Both the position numbers and the translations under genes were made by a program. A model generated the notes under the pieces. That model ran no database searches. It saw only the letters and a list, made by a program, of their open reading frames with translations, and was not told the origin of the DNA. DNA of 64,000 bases from positions 1 through 64,000 of IMG/VR virus record IMGVR_UViG_3300021963_000055. One strand, given 5' to 3'. Shown piece by piece: positions 47,205-57,011 of the stretch (its first letter is position 1; every line of letters begins with the position of its first letter). This DNA comes from a virus.

Positions 47205-49490
47205 TTACTGAGTTAGTTCGCTAAATGAAACGCCAGTTCTCGTGGCTATAAAAGTGATGGTGATGTAATTAATACTTCTAGCAGGTTTAATGTAAATCTC
47301 AGCATTAAATTCATTTCTATCAATTACATCTGCACTATTATTGGTTTCATCACATATTACAAGGAAATCGTAAATTCCTCTTCTTCCTTGTACTCCTCTA
47401 AGATAAGGCTCAACAGCAGCTTTGAAAGAACTTCTAGTTATTTCATCATTAATTTCAAATAATTGGAATTTGGAGAATGTAGCAACATTCTTTTCAAGTT
47501 CAATGAAGAGTCTGCGAACATTAATTCTGCTAAAAGCACTAGGGGAAGATAACGCAGTTTTATCACCAAATAAAACAATTCCTTGCCCTGGGAAAGAAAC
47601 AATAGGATTAATTCTATTTGTATAAAGTCTATCTCTTTCACTTTGTTTTGGTGAGTATGCAAGTTTAGTTGCATTTTTTAAGTTTCCTCTATTGTAACCT
47701 GCTGGAGAGAACCAAGTTTCAGAATTAATAGTGGTACTAATGCAAAGACCCGCAACATCAGCAGCACAAGGGACATAACGATAGGTATCATTAAATTTAT
47801 CATAAATGTATTTGTATCCAGAATCAAAAATTGCAAATGAACTACTTGCTAGACCACTGAAAAAATCAATTATAGCTTCAGTTTTTATTGAACTAGCTGA
47901 ACTATTAATAACGTCACTTCTTCTTGGAGAAATTACTGCCATGCAATCTTTTCTTGAAGATGCAATATCAATAAGTTTGGAAGCTCTCTCTACGCTAATT
48001 TTTCCAGGAATTAAAAAGTCGATATCATTAAATCCTTCAGAATCTCTTAAAAGTTCATACGCATTGGTGGTTGCAGATTCAATATCTGCAAGATCAGTAG
48101 TAAATTCATAATCTTTACCGCCACTTAAGCTAAATCCAAGTGTAGGTGAATAGTTGATAGATGAAATTAATGAATATAATTTATTTGCACTATTTGTTTC
48201 TCCAATAGATGCAGTTGAATTTGCAGGACCTTCTAAGTTAATTTTTGAATTGCCAATAAAATCTAAACCAGCTCCAAATCCTGGGAAAATATATTTGGAT
48301 TTCTCTGCAATTGCTGAGTGAAAATAAACAAGAGAACCATCTAATGTACTTGCATCTTTTGCTTTAGAAACAAATAAATATTTTTCTAAAATTGTGTTTG
48401 GGACGCCAGTAATAACGCCATCTTCATCTAAAACCAAAATGTGCATTTCATCAAATTTACCGCCTTTACTGGCAACTGAAGATGAAGTTCCTGGTTGTGG
48501 TGCTACTTCTCTCCACTTAAGACCAGAAGCATACTCAAGAGAATCATAATATGTATTATCTACTGAAATAATATCTCCAGCAGCAATTAAGGTTGTTGGG
48601 GTATCAGCATTATCAGTGATGCTATAATTATTAAATGCAGAACTTGGAACTCTTTCTGTGCTCTTATTTAAAACAATATAAAATTTATTAGTAGTAGTAT
48701 CTACTTTATAAACCCATCCAGTTCCTACTTTAGTTGCTCCATTTTTGATTACAATAGCATCTCCTGGTGTGACTGTAGGATCGACAACAACTCCAGTTAC
48801 TGTTAGTGTAATATTATTTGCTGGGGCAGCTCCACCGACATCAGAACCTAAAATAGTAATTGTATCATTGACAACAAAATTTTCTCCACCTGTTATAGTT
48901 ACAGTATAAACATTTCCTGCAGATACTTCAACATTTAAAATTGCTCCTGTTCCAGATCCATTGGTAGTATATGCAACATTTGGATATGAAGCAGCACCAC
49001 CAGTTGCAGTTCCAGTAGTTGTAAATGTAGTAATTTTTCCAGTTGTTGCAGCGTAATTAATTATTTGATCTGCACCGTGATCAACTGCAACCACTCTGAG
49101 TGAATTTAATTTTTCCCCTGCAGTTCTACCTGCAAACTTAAATGCTGTACCATTATAGTTATCAAAATCAAATTTACTCTTAATAGTAAAATTTGATAAT
49201 CCAGTATCAGAAGATGAATTTAAAGTGATATTTGAACCACTTGGTCTAATTACTGCAGCAATTCCGCCATATTCGATAATAGTTGATGCGGCAAACCAAG
49301 ATTCATAATTATAATCATTTGGTCTGCCAAATGTATCTACTAATTCTCTTTCGCTAGAAATAAAAGTTACTGTATCTACAGGACCAGTTTCTGCAGCGAT
49401 TACGACTGCACCAACGTTCTGATCAGATACATTAACTATTGGAGTTAAATCAATTTCTTTAATGGATACTCCAGGTGAAGCAAACGCCAT
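47205..49490 (-). CDS. gp18: Tail sheath protein
   Basis: SPGV...EIDLT, WFSPAG..RG, RINVRRLF, KPARSIN. Confidence 0.97.
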   Translation of the reverse strand: MAFASPGVSIKEIDLTPIVNVSDQNVGAVVIAAETGPVDTVTFISSERELVDTFGRPNDYNYESWFAASTIIEYGGIAAVIRPSGSNITLNSSSDTGLSNFTIKSKFDFDNYNGTAFKFAGRTAGEKLNSLRVVAVDHGADQIINYAATTGKITTFTTTGTATGGAASYPNVAYTTNGSGTGAILNVEVSAGNVYTVTITGGENFVVNDTITILGSDVGGAAPANNITLTVTGVVVDPTVTPGDAIVIKNGATKVGTGWVYKVDTTTNKFYIVLNKSTERVPSSAFNNYSITDNADTPTTLIAAGDIISVDNTYYDSLEYASGLKWREVAPQPGTSSSVASKGGKFDEMHILVLDEDGVITGVPNTILEKYLFVSKAKDASTLDGSLVYFHSAIAEKSKYIFPGFGAGLDFIGNSKINLEGPANSTASIGETNSANKLYSLISSINYSPTLGFSLSGGKDYEFTTDLADIESATTNAYELLRDSEGFNDIDFLIPGKISVERASKLIDIASSRKDCMAVISPRRSDVINSSASSIKTEAIIDFFSGLASSSFAIFDSGYKYIYDKFNDTYRYVPCAADVAGLCISTTINSETWFSPAGYNRGNLKNATKLAYSPKQSERDRLYTNRINPIVSFPGQGIVLFGDKTALSSPSAFSRINVRRLFIELEKNVATFSKFQLFEINDEITRSSFKAAVEPYLRGVQGRRGIYDFLVICDETNNSADVIDRNEFNAEIYIKPARSINYITITFIATRTGVSFSELTQ

Positions 49491-49550
49491 GTTTATTACC
49501 TCTATGAGATTTTTTTCTCAAAACTATTTATTTATCTTTATATTTTGAGG

Positions 49551-51227
49551 TTACTTATATTCCCACATGTAAGCCATATCGCCATACTCATCAACATTCC
49601 ATTTACTATCAGTAGCAGAAGTCCAATAATCTCCTTTTGTATCTATAAAAGTAGTTTCATCATCAGTTAAGCCATCTAGTATAAAACCAAATGGAGCCAT
49701 ATCCTGTTCAATAGCCTCTCTTTGGTCTTCAAAAATTCTTTTTCTGACATCATTTGAAGTAAGCTCTCTAAAGTAAGGTTGAGTGGATAGCCAGGAAAAA
49801 ATCACAAGACACATGGCAAGGTCATCGTTACATCCTTCTTCTGCATTAAAGGTATCACTTTTTTGAATGAACGTAGTAAGCTCACTAATAATATCGTAAT
49901 CAGGAATCAATAATTTATCATCTTCAATCAATGCTTTCAGATTAGCACATCCATACTTTTTGACAGCTTTAGTCATCTTGACTCCTAACTGTGCTTTATT
50001 GGAAAACCCAGTGCCAACTAATTGTCCAGCACGACCTTTCATTGCACACATAAGCAAGTTATCATATTCAAGATCAAACTGAAGAATATCTGCCACTTGT
50101 CCTCCAATATCATTAACTTCAACAAGTACGTTAGCGTTGTTGTAATTTTTACCTACGGTATCAATAATATTAGGGAACAATATTGGTTTGATTTCGTTGT
50201 TTTTATATTTTGCTACTAATTTATATGGAATAGTAGTTACATCAATCACAGCAAATGCAGAGTAATCATTTCCAACTCCTCGTGCAACGTCAACAGTCAT
50301 AACATAGTCATGACCTTCTATTACGTCTTCATATACATCCAATCCACCACTTCTCTTTAGTGGATCTTCATAAACCATAGAACGAAGTTTATTTGGATTA
50401 ATGAGAGTATCAACAGATCCTAGGAAGGTACATTCAAATTCTTGCTCAAACTGTCGTTGAGAAGTGTTTGCAATAGTTTCTTCTTTCCATTTTTGGTCTC
50501 TACCTGGAACATCCCACCAATTAACTTCAAGTGGAGTGTAACTGTTTTTTCCTCGTTCTGCATCATGCCAAAACTTGTAGAACATGTTCATTCCATTTGG
50601 TGTGGAAATGATAATAACTTTAGTTGTCTTACCAGATGAAATGGTTGGATATACAGAGCTAAAGAACTGTTCTGCAATATGGTTTGGAATGAATGCAAAC
50701 TCATCCAAAAAGATGATGTTAAAAGAGTTCCCTCGGACAGCAGATGATGAGGTAGATGCAGCAATAATTTTAGATCCGTTCTCTAGCTCCAGTGAGCCAC
50801 GGTTCCAAGAACCCACGCCCTGCTGTAACCATTTGGGTAGATTTTCATAGGATAACTGCAATCTGGATAGAAGTTCCCTTGAGGTCTCTGCTTTATTTGC
50901 AAGAATAGCTATTTTTACGTTTGGGTTGAAAAGTGCATAGTGCAACAGGTAGGAAACCACAGTAGTTGATTTCCCTGTCTGTCTTGGAAGCTTTGCAATA
51001 TTGAATCTATGTTTATGAAAATTATCAATTAATCTTTCTTGAAATTCCCACATTTTAAAAGGTACTAGACCTTCATCAAGAGAAACAATTTTAATATACT
51101 TTTTGGCAAAGTAAATTGGGTCTTCTTGACACTTCAAATATTCTTCTAATTGTTCAGAAGTAAATTGTATTTGTACATTAGAAGGTTTTAGGTTGGGATT
51201 ACCCTTATAACTAGATTTATCACTCAT
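49551..51227 (-). CDS. gp17: Terminase large subunit
   Basis: PRQTGKST, FLDEFAF, ISTPNG, DDLAM. Confidence 0.98.
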   Translation of the reverse strand: MSDKSSYKGNPNLKPSNVQIQFTSEQLEEYLKCQEDPIYFAKKYIKIVSLDEGLVPFKMWEFQERLIDNFHKHRFNIAKLPRQTGKSTTVVSYLLHYALFNPNVKIAILANKAETSRELLSRLQLSYENLPKWLQQGVGSWNRGSLELENGSKIIAASTSSSAVRGNSFNIIFLDEFAFIPNHIAEQFFSSVYPTISSGKTTKVIIISTPNGMNMFYKFWHDAERGKNSYTPLEVNWWDVPGRDQKWKEETIANTSQRQFEQEFECTFLGSVDTLINPNKLRSMVYEDPLKRSGGLDVYEDVIEGHDYVMTVDVARGVGNDYSAFAVIDVTTIPYKLVAKYKNNEIKPILFPNIIDTVGKNYNNANVLVEVNDIGGQVADILQFDLEYDNLLMCAMKGRAGQLVGTGFSNKAQLGVKMTKAVKKYGCANLKALIEDDKLLIPDYDIISELTTFIQKSDTFNAEEGCNDDLAMCLVIFSWLSTQPYFRELTSNDVRKRIFEDQREAIEQDMAPFGFILDGLTDDETTFIDTKGDYWTSATDSKWNVDEYGDMAYMWEYK

Positions 51228-51242
51228 AATATTTTATTTAAA

Positions 51243-51464
51243 TTAACAATTCCAGGCTCTTAAAGATTTATTGATTCTGCTGTTTGGATCGTTGGCTGTT
51301 TTTGAACTAGTAAGTTTCTTTTTCATACCACTCATCCTGGCACAAAATGATGCCCTGCGAGGATTGCCTACCTTTTTTGAAGGTGCCTTGAGATCGCTTC
51401 CAGGATTTTCTTTTTCGTATGAGCGGCGTCCTTTTTCATTCAGTCCGCCGCTTGGGGCTTTCCC
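51243..51464 (-). CDS. -1 frame C-terminal extension (DUF6321-like) of the 51440-52504 ORF
   Basis: GKAPSGGLNEKGRRSYEKENPGSDLKAP...RRASFCARM...NSRINKSLRAWNC; no start codon near its 5' end; joined at slippery GGGAAAG. Confidence 0.75.
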   Translation of the reverse strand, partial: GKAPSGGLNEKGRRSYEKENPGSDLKAPSKKVGNPRRASFCARMSGMKKKLTSSKTANDPNSRINKSLRAWNC

Positions 51465-52504
51465 GATTTCTTAGTCCAAGCAGCTCCCTCAGTCTTTAAC
51501 TTTGGCTTTTTCCACTCAGGACCTTTTAGTTTTGATTTAGCTACAGAAGCTTCCCCTGCACTAGTAGTTCTATCTGCAAGATTTCTAATCTTTGCTTGCT
51601 TTTGAGCAGTTTTATGTCCAGGACCAATCTCAAAGCTTGCTTCTTTCATAAATTCAGAGAAAGATTTTGATTCCCCTCTAAGCTGACGATAATGTGCTTT
51701 CTTTTCTGCACCAGAAGAACTCTTTAACCATGGATCATCATGATCAATTGAAGATTTATTAACTTGAACAGTCTTTACTTTATTCTTTGCATATGATTTT
51801 CCACTACCATATACAACTTTAGTTTTTGTTGGTCTAGTTGATTGATAAACTCTTCCTCCGCTACCAGTACGACCAACTTCTACTCTTCCTTTTGCTTTAT
51901 CAATTAATCGTCTAATTAATCCTTCATCCAATTCTTCATCAGATGCAAGATATTCGGCAGCAGTATCTACAAAGTCCGCAGCTCTAGTAATTTTAGATTG
52001 TACCCATGCAGGTAGTTGCTGATTTGATTTACGAATAACTTTACGAAGCATAGCAATAGATCTTTCCATTTGATCTAATTCAAGTTTTGCCATGTAACCT
52101 TCATGGTCTTTAATCTTTCCTGAAGCTATCTCTTTATGGTCTTCTTGCATGTTGAGAAGACTAGTATTCATTTCCCATGCACTAGGTCCATATGAACACT
52201 CAGATTTTTTCTCTGGTTTTTCGCAAAGATGGCAATAACGAGTTTCTTCTTTCTCTTCTTTGACGGCTTTTTTACCGTTTCTCCATTCTCCCTTTAGTTT
52301 CTTTTCCATCTTGAGTAAGTGCTTGTAGTAATCTGGAAATTCTGCAATATGCTGAAGTGCGATATTGTACGCCTCATCATGCTTTGTAACATGCTCTCGT
52401 TCTACAGTAGATCCAATTTCAGCTTGCCTGATAACGTAATCTACTGAGACGCCATGTTTTTTAGCAATCTCCTTTTCAGTAGGAACTCTTTTGTGTGCCA
52501 TCAC
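51440..52504 (-). CDS. Modular putative head-internal protein (DUF5661-like N-terminus)
   Basis: G..VEREH......A..IALQHI.EFPDYY..L.KME; LPAWVQSKIT module; internal KSFSEFMKEA. Confidence 0.75.
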   Translation of the reverse strand: MMAHKRVPTEKEIAKKHGVSVDYVIRQAEIGSTVEREHVTKHDEAYNIALQHIAEFPDYYKHLLKMEKKLKGEWRNGKKAVKEEKEETRYCHLCEKPEKKSECSYGPSAWEMNTSLLNMQEDHKEIASGKIKDHEGYMAKLELDQMERSIAMLRKVIRKSNQQLPAWVQSKITRAADFVDTAAEYLASDEELDEGLIRRLIDKAKGRVEVGRTGSGGRVYQSTRPTKTKVVYGSGKSYAKNKVKTVQVNKSSIDHDDPWLKSSSGAEKKAHYRQLRGESKSFSEFMKEASFEIGPGHKTAQKQAKIRNLADRTTSAGEASVAKSKLKGPEWKKPKLKTEGAAWTKKSGKPQAAD

Positions 52505-53052
52505 CCACCTACAATCTGAACTTCAGTAATATGTCCTGTAGCAGCGCCATTGCCATCAGGCTTTACAGAAAATTTAATTGAATTTGAAAGAGTTGCAGTG
52601 TCAGTAAAATCTGCATATGCAGATGAATTTAATGCAACAGTAATTGAAGTATCTGTAACTGCAATAACTTCTAGGTGTGCAATGCCAGTATTGTACGCAG
52701 CAACTGAAGATCCAGTTAAAGTTACATAGTCTCCAACCGCAAAAGGATGTCCAGGAGTACCAGTATCAAGAGGAATATTCATCACTGTATTGGTTGCACC
52801 TTTAGTGATTGAAGTTATTCTTACTCTTTTTGGAGTAGCACACTTTACAATTTCAGAACTTTCTTTTGGGATATGAAAATCATTTCCATCTACTGCAGTT
52901 GGATTGCCACCCCATGCTACATGAATTGCATCACTAGCATCAGCAGTAAAACGATAAATTCCACTTCGTACAATTACTGCAGCGGACTGTGTAGCGTTAC
53001 CACCAGTACACGCCACCGCAGCAATATTTTGGACAACCTTAAGTACAGACAT
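52501..53052 (-). CDS. Hypothetical virion protein
   Basis: Beta-rich 183-aa ORF between gp16 and gp17. Confidence 0.7.
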   Translation of the reverse strand: MSVLKVVQNIAAVACTGGNATQSAAVIVRSGIYRFTADASDAIHVAWGGNPTAVDGNDFHIPKESSEIVKCATPKRVRITSITKGATNTVMNIPLDTGTPGHPFAVGDYVTLTGSSVAAYNTGIAHLEVIAVTDTSITVALNSSAYADFTDTATLSNSIKFSVKPDGNGAATGHITEVQIVGG

Positions 53053-53062
53053 TAAAATACTC

Positions 53063-53491
53063 CTATTCTTCTGTATTATTTATTTTTGATTGTTTTAGAA
53101 ACTTTTGTAGTTCTGCGGTGGAACCAACAAACATAGTATTATTTACAGTAGATGGACCTTTAGTTGGTTTATCTTCTTCAATATCTTTCATCTTTTTCTG
53201 AACTTCTATTAGTTTTTCTGCAAGCTCTGAAACATTTTTAATCCCTTGGAAAGCAACTTCATAAGCTCTTGGATGATCACTTTGAGAAGCTACATCTAAA
53301 ATTCCATCAATTGCTTTTTGTCCTTTTTGAATTAAATTGTATAGTTGACCTCTACTATATTTGTAATCTTTTTTTAGATCTTCTAAATCTGAATCTAAAA
53401 TAACTTCAAGTTCTGAAACTATTTCTGATGTGTCATTTGAGTTAGTTGGAACTATATCAAAAGTGTCATCTAATTTATCGTATGCTGACAT
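53063..53491 (-). CDS. gp16: Terminase small subunit
   Basis: DY.YSR.QLY.LI.KG, HPRAYEV, FVGSTAEL. Confidence 0.93.
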   Translation of the reverse strand: MSAYDKLDDTFDIVPTNSNDTSEIVSELEVILDSDLEDLKKDYKYSRGQLYNLIQKGQKAIDGILDVASQSDHPRAYEVAFQGIKNVSELAEKLIEVQKKMKDIEEDKPTKGPSTVNNTMFVGSTAELQKFLKQSKINNTEE

Positions 53492-53493
53492 AA

Positions 53494-54291
53494 TTATTGT
53501 GTCCAAAGTTCATTAAATCCAAAGTTATCGTCAGATTCAACTAATAAATCATCTGCAGAGTTAATTTTACCATCTTTATTTAAATCTGTTAGTGCCTTAG
53601 GAGTTACACTATAAGTAACATATCTATTTGCATTGATAGCAGTTCCAATATCAACGTTAACCTTTTTAATGACATCAGAAGTAGTAATAGGACCATAAAT
53701 ATATGACTTTGCAGTGAATGTTAAAGTATAAATAATTGTTCTTCTTTGTGTAAAATCACCTTCATAGTCATCTTGAATAGAAACATTATTCAGTAAAATT
53801 GGAATATCTCTTTTCTCATTTGTCTCTGCTACCATATTAATAGTAATTGAAAAATATGGCTGAAAGAATGGTAAAATTTGCTCTAAAATTTGAACGGCAT
53901 CATCATTATTCTTGCTGATGATTGCAACTTCAAAGTCTAGATTGTATGGCACTGGCAGATAATGAGAATATGTTTTTTCAGTATCTCCAGATTTTGGGGT
54001 TCTGCAGATTTGAGTAGGTCCAAGCTTTCTCGCAGCATCATAAGAAATTCCTTTCATCTCAAAAGAAATTCTGGGAAGCTGAATTTGTGTTGGTCGTCTC
54101 TTGTCTAAATCTGGCTCTGCTTCTATTCTAGCAAGAAATTTTTCTGTAGGTCCATATGCAAGAGGAACCTTAATTGTCTGCTTAACAACTCCGTCTTTGT
54201 CTTTACGTTGAAGTTCTATATTATTGAATAATGTACCAAATCCAACAATAGTTTTACGAATTGATTCGTTATAAAAATGTGTACCTAACAT
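53494..54291 (-). CDS. gp15: Tail terminator / sheath stabilizer
   Basis: FGTLFNNI, VPLAYGP..KFL, QILEQILPFFQP. Confidence 0.95.
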   Translation of the reverse strand: MLGTHFYNESIRKTIVGFGTLFNNIELQRKDKDGVVKQTIKVPLAYGPTEKFLARIEAEPDLDKRRPTQIQLPRISFEMKGISYDAARKLGPTQICRTPKSGDTEKTYSHYLPVPYNLDFEVAIISKNNDDAVQILEQILPFFQPYFSITINMVAETNEKRDIPILLNNVSIQDDYEGDFTQRRTIIYTLTFTAKSYIYGPITTSDVIKKVNVDIGTAINANRYVTYSVTPKALTDLNKDGKINSADDLLVESDDNFGFNELWTQ

Positions 54292-55388
54292 TAAAATTCT
54301 CCCATGTTTGAATATTCACCAAATGGATTTCGTTCGGACCAGTCAATAATTTTATTTCCTTCGTCTTCAAACCATTTGTTTTCATTGAAATCATCATTTT
54401 CATTTTCAATAGAACTGAATGTATTAATTACCCATTCAGCATTACTAGTTCTACCAATTAAGGTTTCTCCATCAACAAATTTACCTACTATATCTATAAG
54501 CTCAAGTTCTTTAGTTGTGACATCATAACGAATAACCTTACCTTTTGCTCCGCTTCTGGAACCAGTTACAGTTTCTTCATATTTATAAGTTCCTCTTGGG
54601 GCTAAAATTGCTTGTGCAGTTGCACCAGTTCCAGCTCCAGTAATTGTAACTGCAGGTACAGAAGTGTATCCAGTTCCAGGCTCAATTACTTTTATACCTG
54701 TAATAACTCCAGCAGATACTGTAGCAGATGCTCTAGCTCCAGATGCTCCATTTACAGAACCAAAATTAACTGTTGTTCCTGATGCAGTATATCTAGTTCC
54801 ACCAGAAATAACATTAATTTGTTTAATACCTTCGGTAAGTTTAAATGTAATTGAATATCCTTCATCTCTTCTAATTTTATCAATTTCATCAATTCCAGTT
54901 TCAAATCTTTCGCCAGAATCTTCCATCACTTCACAAACTAGTTGATACGTTGCAATCTGCCCTAGCTGTCTGAATGGTTTATTATGTTCTACAAATTTAA
55001 TTTGGAACAACTGATTAGTTAATGGGAAATAAATTACATCACCTTCATTAGGTCTTTTAGATGTAATTAAATTATTTGATTTAGAAATTAAATCTTCCCA
55101 ACGTCGTTTGGATACAATAAAGGTAGCTTCTTCGGCAATTCTAACTCCAAATCTAGTTAATAAAGTTCCTTCTCCAGTAAATCCCTCATAATTTGAAACA
55201 TACATTTCAATTATATAATTTTCATCAAATTTTGCTAAAGGGTCTTCGCCAAACAATCTTTCATCGTTAGAAAATTCTCTTGGCAAATAATAAACATCAA
55301 ATCCATATATTTTTAAAGATTCTATTATTAAATCTTCATAAAGTTTTTGTTCAGATGAAGTTCCGTGAGAAAAATAAACGTTTTTCAT
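54291..55388 (-). CDS. gp14: Neck protein
   Basis: EQ.L.EDLIIES.KIYG.DVYYLPR, RPNEGD.IYFP, E.NPFG. Confidence 0.93.
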   Translation of the reverse strand: MKNVYFSHGTSSEQKLYEDLIIESLKIYGFDVYYLPREFSNDERLFGEDPLAKFDENYIIEMYVSNYEGFTGEGTLLTRFGVRIAEEATFIVSKRRWEDLISKSNNLITSKRPNEGDVIYFPLTNQLFQIKFVEHNKPFRQLGQIATYQLVCEVMEDSGERFETGIDEIDKIRRDEGYSITFKLTEGIKQINVISGGTRYTASGTTVNFGSVNGASGARASATVSAGVITGIKVIEPGTGYTSVPAVTITGAGTGATAQAILAPRGTYKYEETVTGSRSGAKGKVIRYDVTTKELELIDIVGKFVDGETLIGRTSNAEWVINTFSSIENENDDFNENKWFEDEGNKIIDWSERNPFGEYSNMGEF

Positions 55389-56209
55389 TATCCTACCATA
55401 TCAAGTGGTGGCAATTCATATGTGTTAAGTAATTCTTCATATAGCTTGTCTAATTCTCCTATTGCGTCATCATATAACTGACGGCCATTAAAAGTTACTC
55501 CACCTGGCATTTGAATACCTTCAAATTTAGATAAATTTTGTCCCCACTGTTTTTTAATAAGTGAAGTTAAATATTTTTTAACCCAAATTTCATTATAAAG
55601 TTTGGTAAAACTATTTGGATCTAACGCTCTATAGCAGTCTACTACAATAAAATCATTAACAGATTGCATACCCCAATCTAGATCAATATACAGCCTATTT
55701 TGAACTTTGTTATATCTAATATCTTTATTACCTTCTAACATAAAATCAAGAGTTTCAAGATAAGTCAATACCATGTAATAATTCATGATATCATATGAAT
55801 AAAAATTATAAAAATCATTTAGGAAAAATTGATACCTAAAACCAAACATATTATTCACAAAAGCATTAGATACTTTAAAAATTCCTTGAACACCAACAAC
55901 ATGGTCTGGAACTGTTAAATATCCTCTACCTTCTTCAAAATTTAAAGTTCTGGAATTAACAGAACCGTTTGTATCAGTTTGAGTTGTAGTGAAATTACGT
56001 TTTTTTCCATTATCAATATCTTCTTGAGTAAGTTTGTACTTTAAGTACATTCTTTCCATTCCATTATAAGCTCTTTCATTAAAGATCTGAATGGTGTCAT
56101 CAATAAGATCTTCAACTTGGTCATCATCTACGTTAATTTCAATTACTGGTTTGCCAAGCTTACGAAGACAATATTCTTTTAATTGTAATCTACTACTTGG
56201 TTTTGACAT
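55388..56209 (-). CDS. gp13: Neck protein
   Basis: LKEYCLRKLG.PVIEINV, KKQWGQNL.KF.G..MPGGV. Confidence 0.95.
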   Translation of the reverse strand: MSKPSSRLQLKEYCLRKLGKPVIEINVDDDQVEDLIDDTIQIFNERAYNGMERMYLKYKLTQEDIDNGKKRNFTTTQTDTNGSVNSRTLNFEEGRGYLTVPDHVVGVQGIFKVSNAFVNNMFGFRYQFFLNDFYNFYSYDIMNYYMVLTYLETLDFMLEGNKDIRYNKVQNRLYIDLDWGMQSVNDFIVVDCYRALDPNSFTKLYNEIWVKKYLTSLIKKQWGQNLSKFEGIQMPGGVTFNGRQLYDDAIGELDKLYEELLNTYELPPLDMVG

Positions 56210-56269
56210 TATACTAACCTTTTAAATTTTTACGATTTGTTTGGACAATTATTAACGCAATTTTATTTT

Positions 56270-56602
56270 TTATGTTACTCCAGGATTAATAGTGACAACA
56301 CCTTCAATTACTCTAATTTTTTTGTTGGATGGATCTGAAAGAACTACATCATATAAGTATCTTCCTTGCTCCATTAAAGAAGTTTGTGAAGATGTCAAAT
56401 TTAAATTTACGATTCCGTCAGTTCTAGTTGAAGAAAAGGTCACTAAAAAGCTCACATAAGTTGTACTATAATAAGATTTTTTTATTTTAGCCAATCCAGT
56501 GTAATCAGTTAAATCACGAGGATTATTATTATTATTGTACACTACAAATTGAACATCAAAATCAGCTCCTTGGTCAACATATAAGTTTTTTACCGCTGCC
56601 AT
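56270..56602 (-). CDS. Small virion structural (baseplate/fibre adaptor-like) protein
   Basis: NL.VDQGADF...DLT.Y.....K....GRY.YDV...RV.EG.V...PGVT. Confidence 0.75.
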   Translation of the reverse strand: MAAVKNLYVDQGADFDVQFVVYNNNNNPRDLTDYTGLAKIKKSYYSTTYVSFLVTFSSTRTDGIVNLNLTSSQTSLMEQGRYLYDVVLSDPSNKKIRVIEGVVTINPGVT

Positions 56603-56640
56603 TTTATGTAGGGAGATTTCAATAATATTTATAATAAGAC

Positions 56641-56799
56641 CTATTTGTTTAATAACATATTTAATATGAGATGTTGTTGCATATGATATAATTTAGCAAA
56701 TTCTTTTGCTATTTTTTTAGCTTCTTCTTCATTTAAAGTATCTATATCATTATAAATTTTTTGAAGAGTAAATTGTTTAGTTAGAGGAAGTTCGTTCAT
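56641..56799 (-). CDS. nblA: NblA-like phycobilisome degradation protein (52 aa)
   Basis: Manual translation MNELPLTKQFTLQKIYNDIDTLNEEEAKKIAKEFAKLYHMQQHLILNMLLNK; matches the NblA EL.L..QF helix-loop-helix pattern. Confidence 0.6.
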   Translation of the reverse strand: MNELPLTKQFTLQKIYNDIDTLNEEEAKKIAKEFAKLYHMQQHLILNMLLNK

Positions 56800-57010
56800 T
56801 TAATTTTAAAAGTAAATTTTTGATATCATTGATATCAGATTTTAAAGAATTTAAATCTTCTTCTATTTTATCAATTCTTTCAGATTTGTTTTTTCTTAAT
56901 TCATAATTTTTAATATAGTTATCGTATTCATACGAATTATCATTTATTATTGCACCACTAGATGTATCTCTGTAGAGACTTGGGTGCCCGTCTACTATTA
57001 ATTTATTCAT
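56777..57010 (-). CDS. Conserved cyanophage hypothetical protein
   Basis: VDGHPSLYRD..SGAIIN plus coiled coil. Confidence 0.8.
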   Translation of the reverse strand: MNKLIVDGHPSLYRDTSSGAIINDNSYEYDNYIKNYELRKNKSERIDKIEEDLNSLKSDINDIKNLLLKLNERTSSN

Positions 57011-57011
57011 A

